From the NCBI GenBank assembly GCA_041891375.1, contig JASDUA010000002.1, forward strand, positions 1-40,268: a stretch of 40,268 bases of DNA, given 5' to 3'. The stretch comes from Patescibacteria group bacterium (GTDB lineage: Bacteria > Patescibacteriota > Gracilibacteria > BD1-5 > UBA2023). The position numbers and the translations under genes are program-made. Shown here one piece after another: positions 18,267 to 26,698 of the stretch (position 1 is its first letter; the number at the start of each line of letters is the position of its first letter). Below the pieces are notes generated by a model that saw only the letters and a list, made by a program, of their open reading frames with translations, was not told where the DNA came from and did no database searches.

Positions 18267-19409
18267 CTACCACGCGTCCGTTCAGTGTCCGTCCAGAATT
18301 CGCTCGAGTTCCTCGTCCGTCCTCTGGGCGTACACCGCGCTGTAGGCGATGTTCCGGTGGGCGAGCTGTTTCTGGACGGCCGTGATGCCGCCCTTCTCGT
18401 TCATCAGGTAGCCGACGTGGTGACGGAAGAGGTGCGGGTGGATCCGCTTCGCCTCGGACTCCCCGAGCGCGTCCTCGGCCAAACGTCGGACAACCGCGAA
18501 CAGGGCCCGCGACGACATCCGCCCGTCGGCGTCTGGGTTCCGGTTCTTCGCCTGGTGCGGCACCGCCAGGAACAGCGGCGCGCAGTCCCCGCCGTACGCG
18601 GCGGCGTCCTTCTCCCGTTCCGACGCCAGGTAGAGCTCCACGGCCCGGGCGGCTTCCGAGGACATCACAACGTCCCTCTCCTGGCTGCCCTTTTCTTTCA
18701 CCCGCACCAACCGGCGCCCGGCGAACTGGGAAACGTCGAGCTTCGCGACGGCCGACACGCGCAACCCCGTGCCGATGAGCAGTTTGTAAACGGCGAGGTC
18801 GCGGGCCGGCCTCGCGTCGGACCGGGTTTCCATCACCCCGAGGTCCGTCCTCTTCCTGTCCCTTCGGATCCGCGTGCCGGCGAGCCCGCGCGCGGCGGTC
18901 TCGAGGCGGATCACTTCCTTCTCGGTGAGGCGCTTGGCCTGCAGGACGGGCACGTCGAACCGCTTTACGCCCTGCATGGGGTTCCCGCCAGCGACGAGCG
19001 GCGGCACCTGGGATGCGACACACTTCGCGAAGGTGCGGAGGTGGTCGATCTTCCTGTTCAGGCTCCGGGCCTACCAGCGCGGTTCGCCCGCCTTCTTCCC
19101 ACGCCCGGGGACGCGGACCGTTTCCTTGGCCAGAGTCTGGACGAAGAGGTTCGAACTCGCGCGGTTCCACCTCCCGACGTCGTCGGACCCGAAGGCCCAG
19201 ACGAACCAGGAGTAGAAGAGCTCGAGGTCCTCCTTCTTGTACCGGAGGGTGGCCGGGGCTCCGGTCGCGAAGGTGGTCAGGTACTCGACCATCCACCATC
19301 GGAGGCTCCGGCGCTCCCCTCCCCCCTCGGCTACGAGGGCCGGTACGGGGGCGTCGGATGAGAATTTCGCCGGGGATGCGGCAGCGGACGCCTGCGGGAG
19401 GTTCGCCAT
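18267..19409 (-). pseudogene. Tyrosine recombinase/integrase interrupted by an in-frame TAG (19071-19073) between the core-binding and catalytic domains
   Basis: Track ORFs 19071-19409 (LRWWMVEYLTTF...LRYKKEDLELFYSWF) and 18282-19007 (GTGLRVSAV, HLFRHHVGY, LAHRNIAYSAVYAQ) are in the same frame. The junction reads ...AGEPRW-TAG-ARSLNRKIDHLRTFAKC. First 3' stop is TGA at 18282, with TAG 5 codons later at 18267. Confidence 0.65.
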
Positions 19410-19421
19410 GGTTCCGCTGCC

Positions 19422-19706
19422 TCAGCGCCGCGGGACGTCGGCATGGAGCGTCACACCGCCGTCCCATTCGAGGACGACGGACGCTCCGCAGGCCAAACAC
19501 GCCGACGGCCGGCCGTCGTGCGAGTCGCCCGGCAGGCGTTCCTCGCCGCGATGCCCGCACGAAACGCACTCGTAGACGTACAGCACCGGGGCTTCCGGCG
19601 CCGCTTCCCCTCCCTCCGGTCCGCCGGATGCTCCGGCGTCGGAAGTGGGCTGTCCGCCCGATAAATTCTTATCGGCAACGGATTGGACGTTTTCGTTTTC
19701 TACCAT
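19422..19706 (-). CDS. Zinc-ribbon protein (94 aa); its TGA stop is in frame with the integrase ORF 12 nt downstream
   Basis: Sequence ...VLYVYECVSCGHRGEERLPGDSHDGRPSACLACGASVVLEW... (CxxC..CxxC). With TGA=Gly it would read ...DVPRR-G-GSGT-MANLPQ... straight into the integrase N-terminus. Confidence 0.5.
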   Translation of the reverse strand: MVENENVQSVADKNLSGGQPTSDAGASGGPEGGEAAPEAPVLYVYECVSCGHRGEERLPGDSHDGRPSACLACGASVVLEWDGGVTLHADVPRR

Positions 19707-19881
19707 GGTCGGGAAGTTCCGCGTAGTTACTGGGAACCGATTTTAAGGGGTTCCGGCCGAAAATCAATGTTCGTTGCTGATAAGATACCTTATCGGAAAC
19801 GGCTTATTGAATCCGCGAAATTTTGCCATCCCACCTCCAACGGATAGAATCCATAAGTCATATTCATTTGCGGCATCGGCT

Positions 19882-22473
19882 ATGGACCAGCTTGCGGGAG
19901 GTAAGAAGGACGGTTTCGAAATCTGGTTGTCGGATCGGCCGAAGTGGTTGCAGACCGCGGCCGCAAGACTGATCGAGGAAAGGAAGCACCCCGATCAGGA
20001 CGGAATCCGGGCATTGGCGGACCTCTGCCATGCAGAGGCCAACGGCACCACTGGGGTCGTCTTTCTGCCGGTCCCACCGGGTTTCTTCGACGGAGCGGTG
20101 GTCGGATCCCCTTTCAAGCTTGTGGGGATCGACAAGGTCGTTGGCGTGAACGCGCTAAAGGATAACGCGAGCCTCGATTTCGACCACTCGGACATCTCGG
20201 TCGTCTTCGGGATGAACGGAGCGGGAAAGTCCGGTTTCGCTCGGCTCCTGAAACACGCGTGTGGCGCCCGGCACAAATCCGACCTTCTTCCGAATGTTTT
20301 CAAGGCGGAACGCGTCTTGCCGGCTTGCGAGATCACGGTCTCTACCGGAACGGGGACGTTCTCGTATCCGTGGGAGTCCGGATCGGAAAGCGTTCGCGCG
20401 CTCCGGACCGTGAGCGTTTTCGACAGCCTCGCGGCCGAGTCCTACGTCGATTCGAACAACGAAGCGTCGTACGAGCCCAGGCGGATGCGCTTCATATCGT
20501 CGCTGATACGCATCTGCGACGCGGTTTCCGACGAGTTGGCGGCCCGTAAAGCTGCCATGCCGTCGAAGTTCCCGACCGTGCCGCTCGAGCATTCGGCGAC
20601 GAAGTCGGCGGCCTTCGCCTCCGGCATCCGGGCCGACACGAAACCCGAAATGGTCGAAGCCGCTTGTTCCTGGTCGGCGGCCGATACCGACTCGCGGCAG
20701 GAAACCGAGCGGTCCCTCAAACAGCACGATCTGGCCGAAAGAATCAAGCGCCTCGGTCTGGACAGGCGCACGTTCGACCTGTTGGCCGGAACCTGCAGGA
20801 CGTTGAAATCCGGCACGTCCGACGAAATCGCGGCGAGGTTGTCGGCCGCCAAGTCGGACGCCGAAACGAAGCGGAAGGCCGCGACCGATGACGCTGCCAA
20901 GGTGTTCGCCGGCGCTTCGCTCGACGGCATCGGCAGCGCTTCATGGAAGCTGCTCTGGGAACAGGCGAGGCGGTATTCCGAAGAGGCCGCGTATCCGGAG
21001 AAGGCTTTCCCCGCTACCGACGACGGCGACCTCTGCGTCCTTTGCCACCAGCCTCTCGAAGAAGGCGCCCGGCTGCGCATGGCGGCTTTTGAATCGTTCG
21101 TCAAAGGAGGCTTGGAATCCGCGGCCGGAGCTGCGGAAAAGTCGTTTTCCGATGCTCTCGGTGCCCTTCCGGTCCTCCCCGACCGGGCGAAGTGGGATCT
21201 CGACATGGATTTCCTGAAAGTCGAGAAGGGAGCGGGACAACGCCTTTTCGATACCCTCGAGAACCGAATCGCGGCACTCTCGAAAGCCCCGGACCCCGCG
21301 ATTCTTCCGGTAGCGGACTGGACCGCGGTCGATGCCGCGTTGGCCGCGAAATCCGAGACGTTGGCCAAGGAAAAGGCCCTTCTCGACGAACTGAGCAGGG
21401 ACGGGAAGAAAGCCGAGCTGGAAAAAGCGCTCAAGGAGCTTTCCGCACGGGAGTGGTTGTCGCAACAGAAAGTGGCCGCCTACGGTGAAATCGCCCGCAA
21501 GCAGGCGATCCGTGCCATAGAGCAGGCGGAGGCGCTGGCGAAGACCAACGCGCTCACCATCAAGAAGAACGAGCTCGCCGAGGAAGAACTGGCGGCGGGC
21601 TACAGGGACCGTTTCCTGTCCGAACTGCGGGCGCTCGGAGGAAGGCGCCTGAGGGTCCGACCCGAAGCCGTCCGACAAGGAAAGGGGAAGGTCAGTTTCA
21701 AGTTGGCGATCCAGGGGGCGGCGGTCCCGGCGTCCGCGGGGGCAGTCCTCAGCGAAGGGGAGAACCGCATCGTCGCGCTCGCCGCGTTCCTTGCCGACAT
21801 CACCGGATCGGGACAGCCGACGCCGTTCGTCTTCGACGATCCCGTTTCGTCCCTCGACCAGGAGTTCGAAGAACGCGTGGTCGAGCGCCTGGTGAGCCTC
21901 GCGGAAACCCGCCAGGTGATCGTCTTCACCCACAGGCTGTCACTGCTCGCGCTCATTGAGGAGGAAATCGAGGCGCGCGGACGTCGCCCGGAAGGGAAGG
22001 CGCCGGTCCTTTCGGTCAAGACCCTCAAGCGCGTAGGAAGCTGGTCCGGCGCGGTGGACGCGATGGACGCCAGGCACCAGAAGCCGAAGTCCGGTTTCGC
22101 CAATCTGCGCGACCAACAACTACCGAGGATTAGGAAGCACGCGGCGGAGGGTCGCGTCGCCGATTACGAGTCCGCGCTGAAAGCCGCTTGCGGAGACTTC
22201 CGGATCCTGGTGGAGAAATCGGTGGAGAAGGAGCTCTTGAAAGGGTTGGTCGAGCGATTCAGACGGTCGGTTCAGACCCGGCATATCAGAACGCTCGCGA
22301 ACATCACGGTCGAGGACTGCGTCCTCATCGACGAACTGATGACCAAATATTCGCGGTTCGAGCACTCCCAGTCCGACGATCTCCCGGGGATCCTTCCGGA
22401 GCCGGAAGAGCTGGCTGAGGATCTGGACAAGGTCATAAGCTGGATAGATGAGTATTCCAAACGGAAGGCGTAA
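19882..22473 (+). CDS. AAA_13-family ATPase, RloC/PrrC-like (Rad50-like ATPase with CxxC zinc hook in a coiled-coil insert)
   Basis: Motifs: Walker A GMNGAGKSGFARLLK, coiled-coil insert with LCVLCHQPLEE, Walker B FVFDDPVSSLDQEFEERV, VFTHRLS. C-terminal ~180 aa are of unknown function (FRRSVQTRH, SRFEHSQS). ATG at 19882 (the track's 19774 is a TTG extension). TAA stop. No internal TGA. Confidence 0.65.
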   Translation: MDQLAGGKKDGFEIWLSDRPKWLQTAAARLIEERKHPDQDGIRALADLCHAEANGTTGVVFLPVPPGFFDGAVVGSPFKLVGIDKVVGVNALKDNASLDFDHSDISVVFGMNGAGKSGFARLLKHACGARHKSDLLPNVFKAERVLPACEITVSTGTGTFSYPWESGSESVRALRTVSVFDSLAAESYVDSNNEASYEPRRMRFISSLIRICDAVSDELAARKAAMPSKFPTVPLEHSATKSAAFASGIRADTKPEMVEAACSWSAADTDSRQETERSLKQHDLAERIKRLGLDRRTFDLLAGTCRTLKSGTSDEIAARLSAAKSDAETKRKAATDDAAKVFAGASLDGIGSASWKLLWEQARRYSEEAAYPEKAFPATDDGDLCVLCHQPLEEGARLRMAAFESFVKGGLESAAGAAEKSFSDALGALPVLPDRAKWDLDMDFLKVEKGAGQRLFDTLENRIAALSKAPDPAILPVADWTAVDAALAAKSETLAKEKALLDELSRDGKKAELEKALKELSAREWLSQQKVAAYGEIARKQAIRAIEQAEALAKTNALTIKKNELAEEELAAGYRDRFLSELRALGGRRLRVRPEAVRQGKGKVSFKLAIQGAAVPASAGAVLSEGENRIVALAAFLADITGSGQPTPFVFDDPVSSLDQEFEERVVERLVSLAETRQVIVFTHRLSLLALIEEEIEARGRRPEGKAPVLSVKTLKRVGSWSGAVDAMDARHQKPKSGFANLRDQQLPRIRKHAAEGRVADYESALKAACGDFRILVEKSVEKELLKGLVERFRRSVQTRHIRTLANITVEDCVLIDELMTKYSRFEHSQSDDLPGILPEPEELAEDLDKVISWIDEYSKRKA

Positions 22474-22506
22474 CGGCGGGTCCGGAATTTTGGCGGATCT
22501 CGCGGC

Positions 22507-23670
22507 CTACTTCCCCTGCCCCTTCGGCAGCGAAAGCTTCAGGAACCGCTTCCCGATCCGGAACCCCTTCCGGGTTTCCGGCGATATCCGCTCCGTCGCG
22601 TACTTCTTCCGGATGCGGAAGGCGTCGAAATGCCCGAAGAGGCCCAGGTACGAATTCACCGAAGCGAGGAACGCCGGCCGGAGGCTTTCGGGCAATCCCT
22701 CCTTTCCGGCCAAGGCGTTCCAGTGCGCCGCGCGCTCCGAGAAATTCCCCTTCGTCCGGTTTCCGAGATAGGTCCGGTAAGGCTTGACGTAGCCCCCGAG
22801 GAACGGGAACCCGTCGCGGACGGAACGGAGCATGATTTTCTTCGGATGGAGCTGGAGCCTGAGGACGTCCCTGAGGAAATCCCGGATCGTCGGAATGCTC
22901 GCTTCGAGCACCGAACGGTCTTCGTGCATCAGGAGGAAGTCGTCCACGTACCGGCCGTAGTGCCGGATTTTCAGCGTCCGCTTCACGAAATCGTCGAGCG
23001 GGTGGAGGTAGAGGTTCGCGAATATCTGGCTCGTAAGGTTTCCGATCGGGAGGCCGACTCCCGTAGGGGAATGGAAGAGGCTCTTCCCTCTCGGAAGGTC
23101 CGCCCAGTCCGAACGGTTTCACCGGATGACGCAGTTCTCCGTCGGGTCGTTGGCCAATATCTTCCGGATGAGGAAGAGAAGCGTCTCGGGATCCGCGCCG
23201 CGGTATTTCCTTTCCACCGTCCGTTCGAGCATCGCCAGGAGTATCCGCCGGTCGATCGACATGAAGAATCCCGATATGTCGAGTTTCAGGACGTGCGCCT
23301 CCTTCGTGAAGGTGTCGGTGCAAGACCTGGCGAAATGTTCCGCGCGACGTATGCCGAACAGCGCGCCCTTCCCCACCCTGCAGGCGTACGAATCGTGGAT
23401 GAAAGTCCGGTCGATCGCCTCGCCGATTTCGCCCACGACGTAGTGGTGCACGACGCGGTCACGGAAGTCTCAGGCGAATATTTCCCTTTTCACCGGCCTG
23501 TCTACTATGAAGGCGACGCACCGGCCGACTTCGTACCGGCGTTCGACGATCTCGTCGTACAGTTGGAACAGCTTGCTCTCGTAGTCCATTTCGAAATCGG
23601 TGGCGTTGCGGGTTTTCCGTTTGTTCTGCCGGCAGTCGTAGTACGCGCGGAAAAGGTCGGCGGCTTCCAT
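22507..23670 (-). CDS. Diversity-generating retroelement reverse transcriptase (387 aa) with two in-frame TGA (23470, 23119)
   Basis: Track pieces 23470-23670, 23119-23451 and 22507-22986 share one frame. Junctions: REIFA-[TGA]-DFRDRVVHH and NCVIR-[TGA]-NRSDWADLP. Motifs: GLPIGNLTSQIFANLYL (DGR-type xGxxxSQ motif), YGRYVDDFLLM (YxDD). TAG stop. Confidence 0.85.
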
Positions 23671-23693
23671 TCGGTTCGGGTCAAGCGATAAGA

Positions 23694-23718
23694 AAAGCGC
23701 CCCGCGGAGGGGCGCTTT
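23694..23718 (-). other. 10-bp GC-rich hairpin in the 59-nt spacer between the TR and the RT start
   Basis: AAAGCGCCCC, loop gcgga, GGGGCGCTTT on the + strand. On the coding (-) strand it is followed by a T-rich run. Confidence 0.5.
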
Positions 23719-23729
23719 CGTCCTGGTTC

Positions 23730-23906
23730 GAGGCAGCGGACCGATAACCCGTTCGCCCGGTTATTGTTGTTAGCGGGAATCACTCCGTTAGTAGTCGAGA
23801 GATTCACGTTGTTCCCGTTCGTCCCGGTAGTAGACGCGGCCCAGTAGTTGCCGTTCGTACCCTGGTTATTGAACGCGGCGGTCGAGTTGTTACGGTTGCC
23901 GGCGAG
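23730..23906 (-). repeat. DGR template repeat (TR), 177 nt
   Basis: Aligns without gaps to 24537-24713 and 32739-32915. Asn-rich when translated (NGVIPANNNNRANG; AAC/AAT codons). Lies between avd and the RT. All about 17 differences from VR1 fall at TR positions that are T on the + strand, which is A on the coding strand. Confidence 0.85.
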
Positions 23907-24009
23907 ACGGAAAGCGGCCGCTTACGGCGGAGGCGTCCGGCTTCCGCTGGGGAGGGAGGACGCCTTCGGATTTCGTACCCCCGGCCTACGGCCGGAGGTG
24001 GGCCGCCAA

Positions 24010-24411
24010 TCAGGACTGGGGCTCGCCCGGGCGCTCCGTGGAGTCGCCAGGTTCCGGCCCGCGTGGTCCCGGGAGGGATTTGTCCCAGTGGAACAGTTGC
24101 TTCGAGATGCCTTCGATGTGTTCGTTCAACCGGACGAACTTGTCGACCGCGATGAGCTTGAGGTCCTTCGTGAGCCGGAGGTACAGCCTGACGGTTTCGA
24201 GGCATTCCCTCGCCTCCGTGACGTGTTCCTTCCTCCTGGCCATCGATCCGTTCGCCCGGTACACGGCGCGGATCAGGTCGAGGAGTTCCCTTTTCACGCT
24301 CTCGCCGAGCGTGTACTTGTATTCCCTGGGAAAGGTTTTGACGAAGGCGAAGGCTTCGACGAGGAAGTCGTAGCTTGCCCGGTAGACGGGAAGCCGGTCG
24401 TAGGTGGCCAT
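24010..24411 (-). CDS. avd: DGR accessory variability determinant (Avd; four-helix-bundle / 23S rRNA-intervening-sequence-type protein)
   Basis: Sequence MATYDRLPVYRASYDFLVEAFAFVKTFPREYKYTLGESVKRELLDLIRAVYRAN...RLYLRLTKDLKLI. Position between target and TR is canonical. First stop is TGA at 24010; TAG at 23986 applies if TGA=Gly (+7 aa). Confidence 0.75.
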   Translation of the reverse strand: MATYDRLPVYRASYDFLVEAFAFVKTFPREYKYTLGESVKRELLDLIRAVYRANGSMARRKEHVTEARECLETVRLYLRLTKDLKLIAVDKFVRLNEHIEGISKQLFHWDKSLPGPRGPEPGDSTERPGEPQS

Positions 24412-24470
24412 TCCGGTATTAGGTGAAGTCTCCGGCGCGGTGCCGGCCGGGGGTTATCCCCGGAAAGAAA

Positions 24471-24491
24471 CCGGACCCGCAAGGGGTCCGG
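24471..24491 (-). terminator. Hairpin about 40 nt 3' of the VR1/target stop (terminator and/or DGR homing-associated hairpin)
   Basis: CCGGACCC, loop gcaag, GGGTCCGG. On the - strand it is followed by TTTCTTTCC. Confidence 0.5.
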
Positions 24492-24527
24492 AAAGAGTCA
24501 GAAGAGTCGGAAGTGCCGAGGATTGTC

Positions 24528-26021
24528 CTAATTCTTGAGGCAGCGGACCGATAACCCGAGCGCCCGGGTATTGTGGTTAGCGGGAACCACTCCGTTAGTA
24601 GTCGAGAGAGTCACGTTGCGCCCGTTCGTCCCGGTAGTAGACGCGGCCCAGTAGCCGCCGAGCGTACCCTGGTTATTGAACGCGGCGGCCGAGGTGTTAC
24701 GGTAGCCGGCGAGCGGCAGGCGGAGCGTGGTCATGAACTTGTTGGCCGTGGTTTCCACGTGCCAGGCGGCGTCGCAAAGGGTTACGTCCGGCGATACGGC
24801 CTTGATGGCGTCGCACCACTCCTTCTGCGTCGGGACGTGGTAGCCGGACTGGCAGGGGCCCTGCATCGCGGCCGGGGATCCGAGCGACGAGTAGGTTCCG
24901 ACGGCGGTTGTCGAACCGGTGCCTCACCAGAGGTTGTCGTCCTGGACCGAGAGCCAGTCATACGGCGCGGTGCCTTTCGTTATGAACCGGGTTTCGGAAG
25001 CCGCCGTGGCGGCGGCCAGCGGTCCGGCGACCGTGGTTCCGGTGGTGACGTCCTCGTTCCTTCCCCACTGGTAATAGGCTCCCATATACGCCTTCTGCGC
25101 TGCCGTCGGACCGCCGGCCGCGGTGGCGTCGGTGAGCGCTACCGACTGTCCGGCGTACGCGGTGCTCGCGCCCACGTTGCAGGCCGCCCAATGCTGGTTC
25201 GATCCGGTGAGGTAAATGTCCGGAGCGTCGCAGCCCGGGTACTGGCTCGCCCCGCCTCCGGAAGAGGCCGAGCTTGAGGAAGACGACCCGGAAGTCCCGG
25301 TCGCGCCGCCGTCGACGAGCGCGCCGGTTCCGGTCGGGGCCTTCACGAGGCCGAGGACGGCTCCCGCGGAAACCTGTGCCGCGGTGGGCGCCGGGAAATT
25401 GCCGGAGACGGCGACGAGGCCTGTGGCCGGAGCCGTGCCGGCCACCTGGAAGAAGGAGGCGGAACGGTTCCTTCCGGAGGCGGTCGGGGCGAGCGCGGCG
25501 TCGACGGCTCAGACGGCGAGCGATTTCGAATCGTACGCGGCGAAAGAGTCCGGAAGGAAGGAGCCCAGCGACAGGAACCCGCCCATGGGCGGACGGCGGG
25601 AGAGCCGGAATTTCTCCGGATTGAGCTTGAGCTTCGTCCAATCCGGATTGCCGGCCGAGTAATTCGTGCCGGCCTGGTTCCAATCACCGCCGGTGAGCGT
25701 CACCGGGGAGCCGTCGACGTACGCCACGGCCGCTCCCGTGAGCGCGGCGGCGGCGTCGTGGACGACGTAGTAGCGCGGCGAGTTGTCGGTGACGGCCGAC
25801 TCGGAAGAAATCGCCGTATATACCGACCGGACGTTGGCTTTCACGGCGGCGTCCTTCGCGTCCTGCGAGTAGCCGGAAAGGGCGAGGAAGCCTATCGTTG
25901 CCAGAATCGCGAGGATCGTGATGACGACGATGAGTTCGGCAAGGGTGAATCAGGAAAGGATCGATGCTTTGGCGGCCTTGGCGGGCGGCCTGGAGGCCGG
26001 CGCCTCGCGTTTCGCGTCCAT
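24528..26021 (-). CDS. Type IV pilin-like protein with C-terminal Fib_succ_major (FISUMP)/C-type-lectin-like domain; DGR target 1 (497 aa, three in-frame TGA)
   Basis: Four track pieces share one frame and are joined by TGA at 25950, 25509 and 24924. N-terminus: MDAKRE...KASILS-[TGA]|FTLAELIVVITILAILATIGFLAL (prepilin G|FTLxE motif). Ser/Gly linker. C-terminal motifs: GYHVPTQKEWCDAI, LPLAGYRN, GGYWAASTTG, LSVRCLKN. TAG stop at 24528. Confidence 0.8.
24537..24713 (-). repeat. DGR variable repeat 1 (VR1), at the 3' end of pilin-like target 1
   Basis: Same length as the TR. Mismatches fall only at TR adenines on the coding strand, e.g. TR ATT/AAC/AAC/AAC versus VR1 GTT/CAC/ACC/CTC. The 3' 21 nt (GGGTTATCGGTCCGCTGCCTC) are identical to the TR. 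Confidence 0.85.
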
Positions 26022-26125
26022 GTTCGGAAAAAAACGGGTTAAAAATCCGTGGAACATCCTAGCCGGAAATGCGCGGGATGCAAGGCGGACCCCGCAGGCA
26101 TTCCCCTTTTCACCAGCGGGAACGC

Positions 26126-26620
26126 TTACGCGGCGACCGCCACCGGCGCGGCGCATCCGCTCGGAAGCCTTATTGACGAAGGTCCGTCCGTACCGTTCCT
26201 CACGGCCGGGAACGTCTTCCGGCCCCTTGAGCCCGCGGCGACGTCGCCGACCCAGCGGTAGGCGTTGGCCCTTTGGTCGTAGAACGCGCCGTGGGCGGAG
26301 TGCCGGAATCAGGAAAACGCCCTGCGGAAAAGGACGCGGTCCTCGTCGGACCGACCGGAGAACGCCACTGCGGCGGCTTCGAGCTCGGCGGCTGCCGGAA
26401 GGCGGAGGCCCGCGGACTGCAGTTCCCGGACCGCGGCGGCATAGGTGAAAAACTGCTCGGGTGCTCCGTCGGGAAGCAGGACCTGCCAGACGTCCCCTCG
26501 GGTGTTCGCGAGGATCGGGCGTCCGAACGCGGAGGATCAGGGAACGGCGGTCCATCCGGACGAATCAATCCGGAAAAGGCGGAATCCGGCGAATGCCGGG
26601 TCTGGTTTCGTTTCTGGCAC
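26126..26620 (-). CDS. DUF1566-like small protein (about 164 aa, GTG start uncertain) with two in-frame TGA (26537, 26309)
   Basis: Not in the track because two TGA split it. Sequence ...FRLFRIDSSGWTAVP-[TGA]-SSAFGRPILANTRGDVWQVLLPDGAPEQFFTYAAAVRELQSAGLRLPAAAELEAA...RRAFS-[TGA]-FRHSAHGAFYDQRANAYRWVGDV..., TAA at 26126. Clear paralogue of 17783-18247. The other two minus frames are Arg/Pro-rich. Confidence 0.5.
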
Positions 26621-26698
26621 GTGGGGTCGCGCTTGAAGGGGTAAGGCGTCCTGATGCTATCCGCGGAACCCTTCGGGTCAAGCCTGGCTTGGTACGGG

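Noticed and set aside
18202-19569. A 455-aa minus ORF across the integrase region.
   Set aside because: It is an Arg/Pro-rich off-frame of the integrase and zinc-ribbon genes. The frame with the integrase motifs is a different one.
22507-23670. Retron or group II intron interpretation of the RT.
   Set aside because: An adjacent Avd, a TR with adenine-specific TR/VR mismatches, and the IGNLTSQ motif identify a DGR. I saw no msr/msd-like inverted repeats or intron RNA domains.
23505-23807. A 100-aa minus ORF starting MNLSTTNGVIPANNNNRANGLSVRCLEPG.
   Set aside because: This is the DGR template repeat read in the VR frame, running on into the spacer and RT start. It has no plausible start context and a junk C-terminus. 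A TR is non-coding by definition.
15551-26021. In-frame TGA read as selenocysteine, tryptophan (table 4), or as pseudogene lesions.
   Set aside because: There are too many (up to 7 per gene) for Sec, and I noted no SECIS-like context. Positions with paralogue or motif information demand Gly (prepilin G|F; TGA aligned with GGA three times). Pseudogenisation would not spare frame, motifs and GC3 across more than 20 sites.
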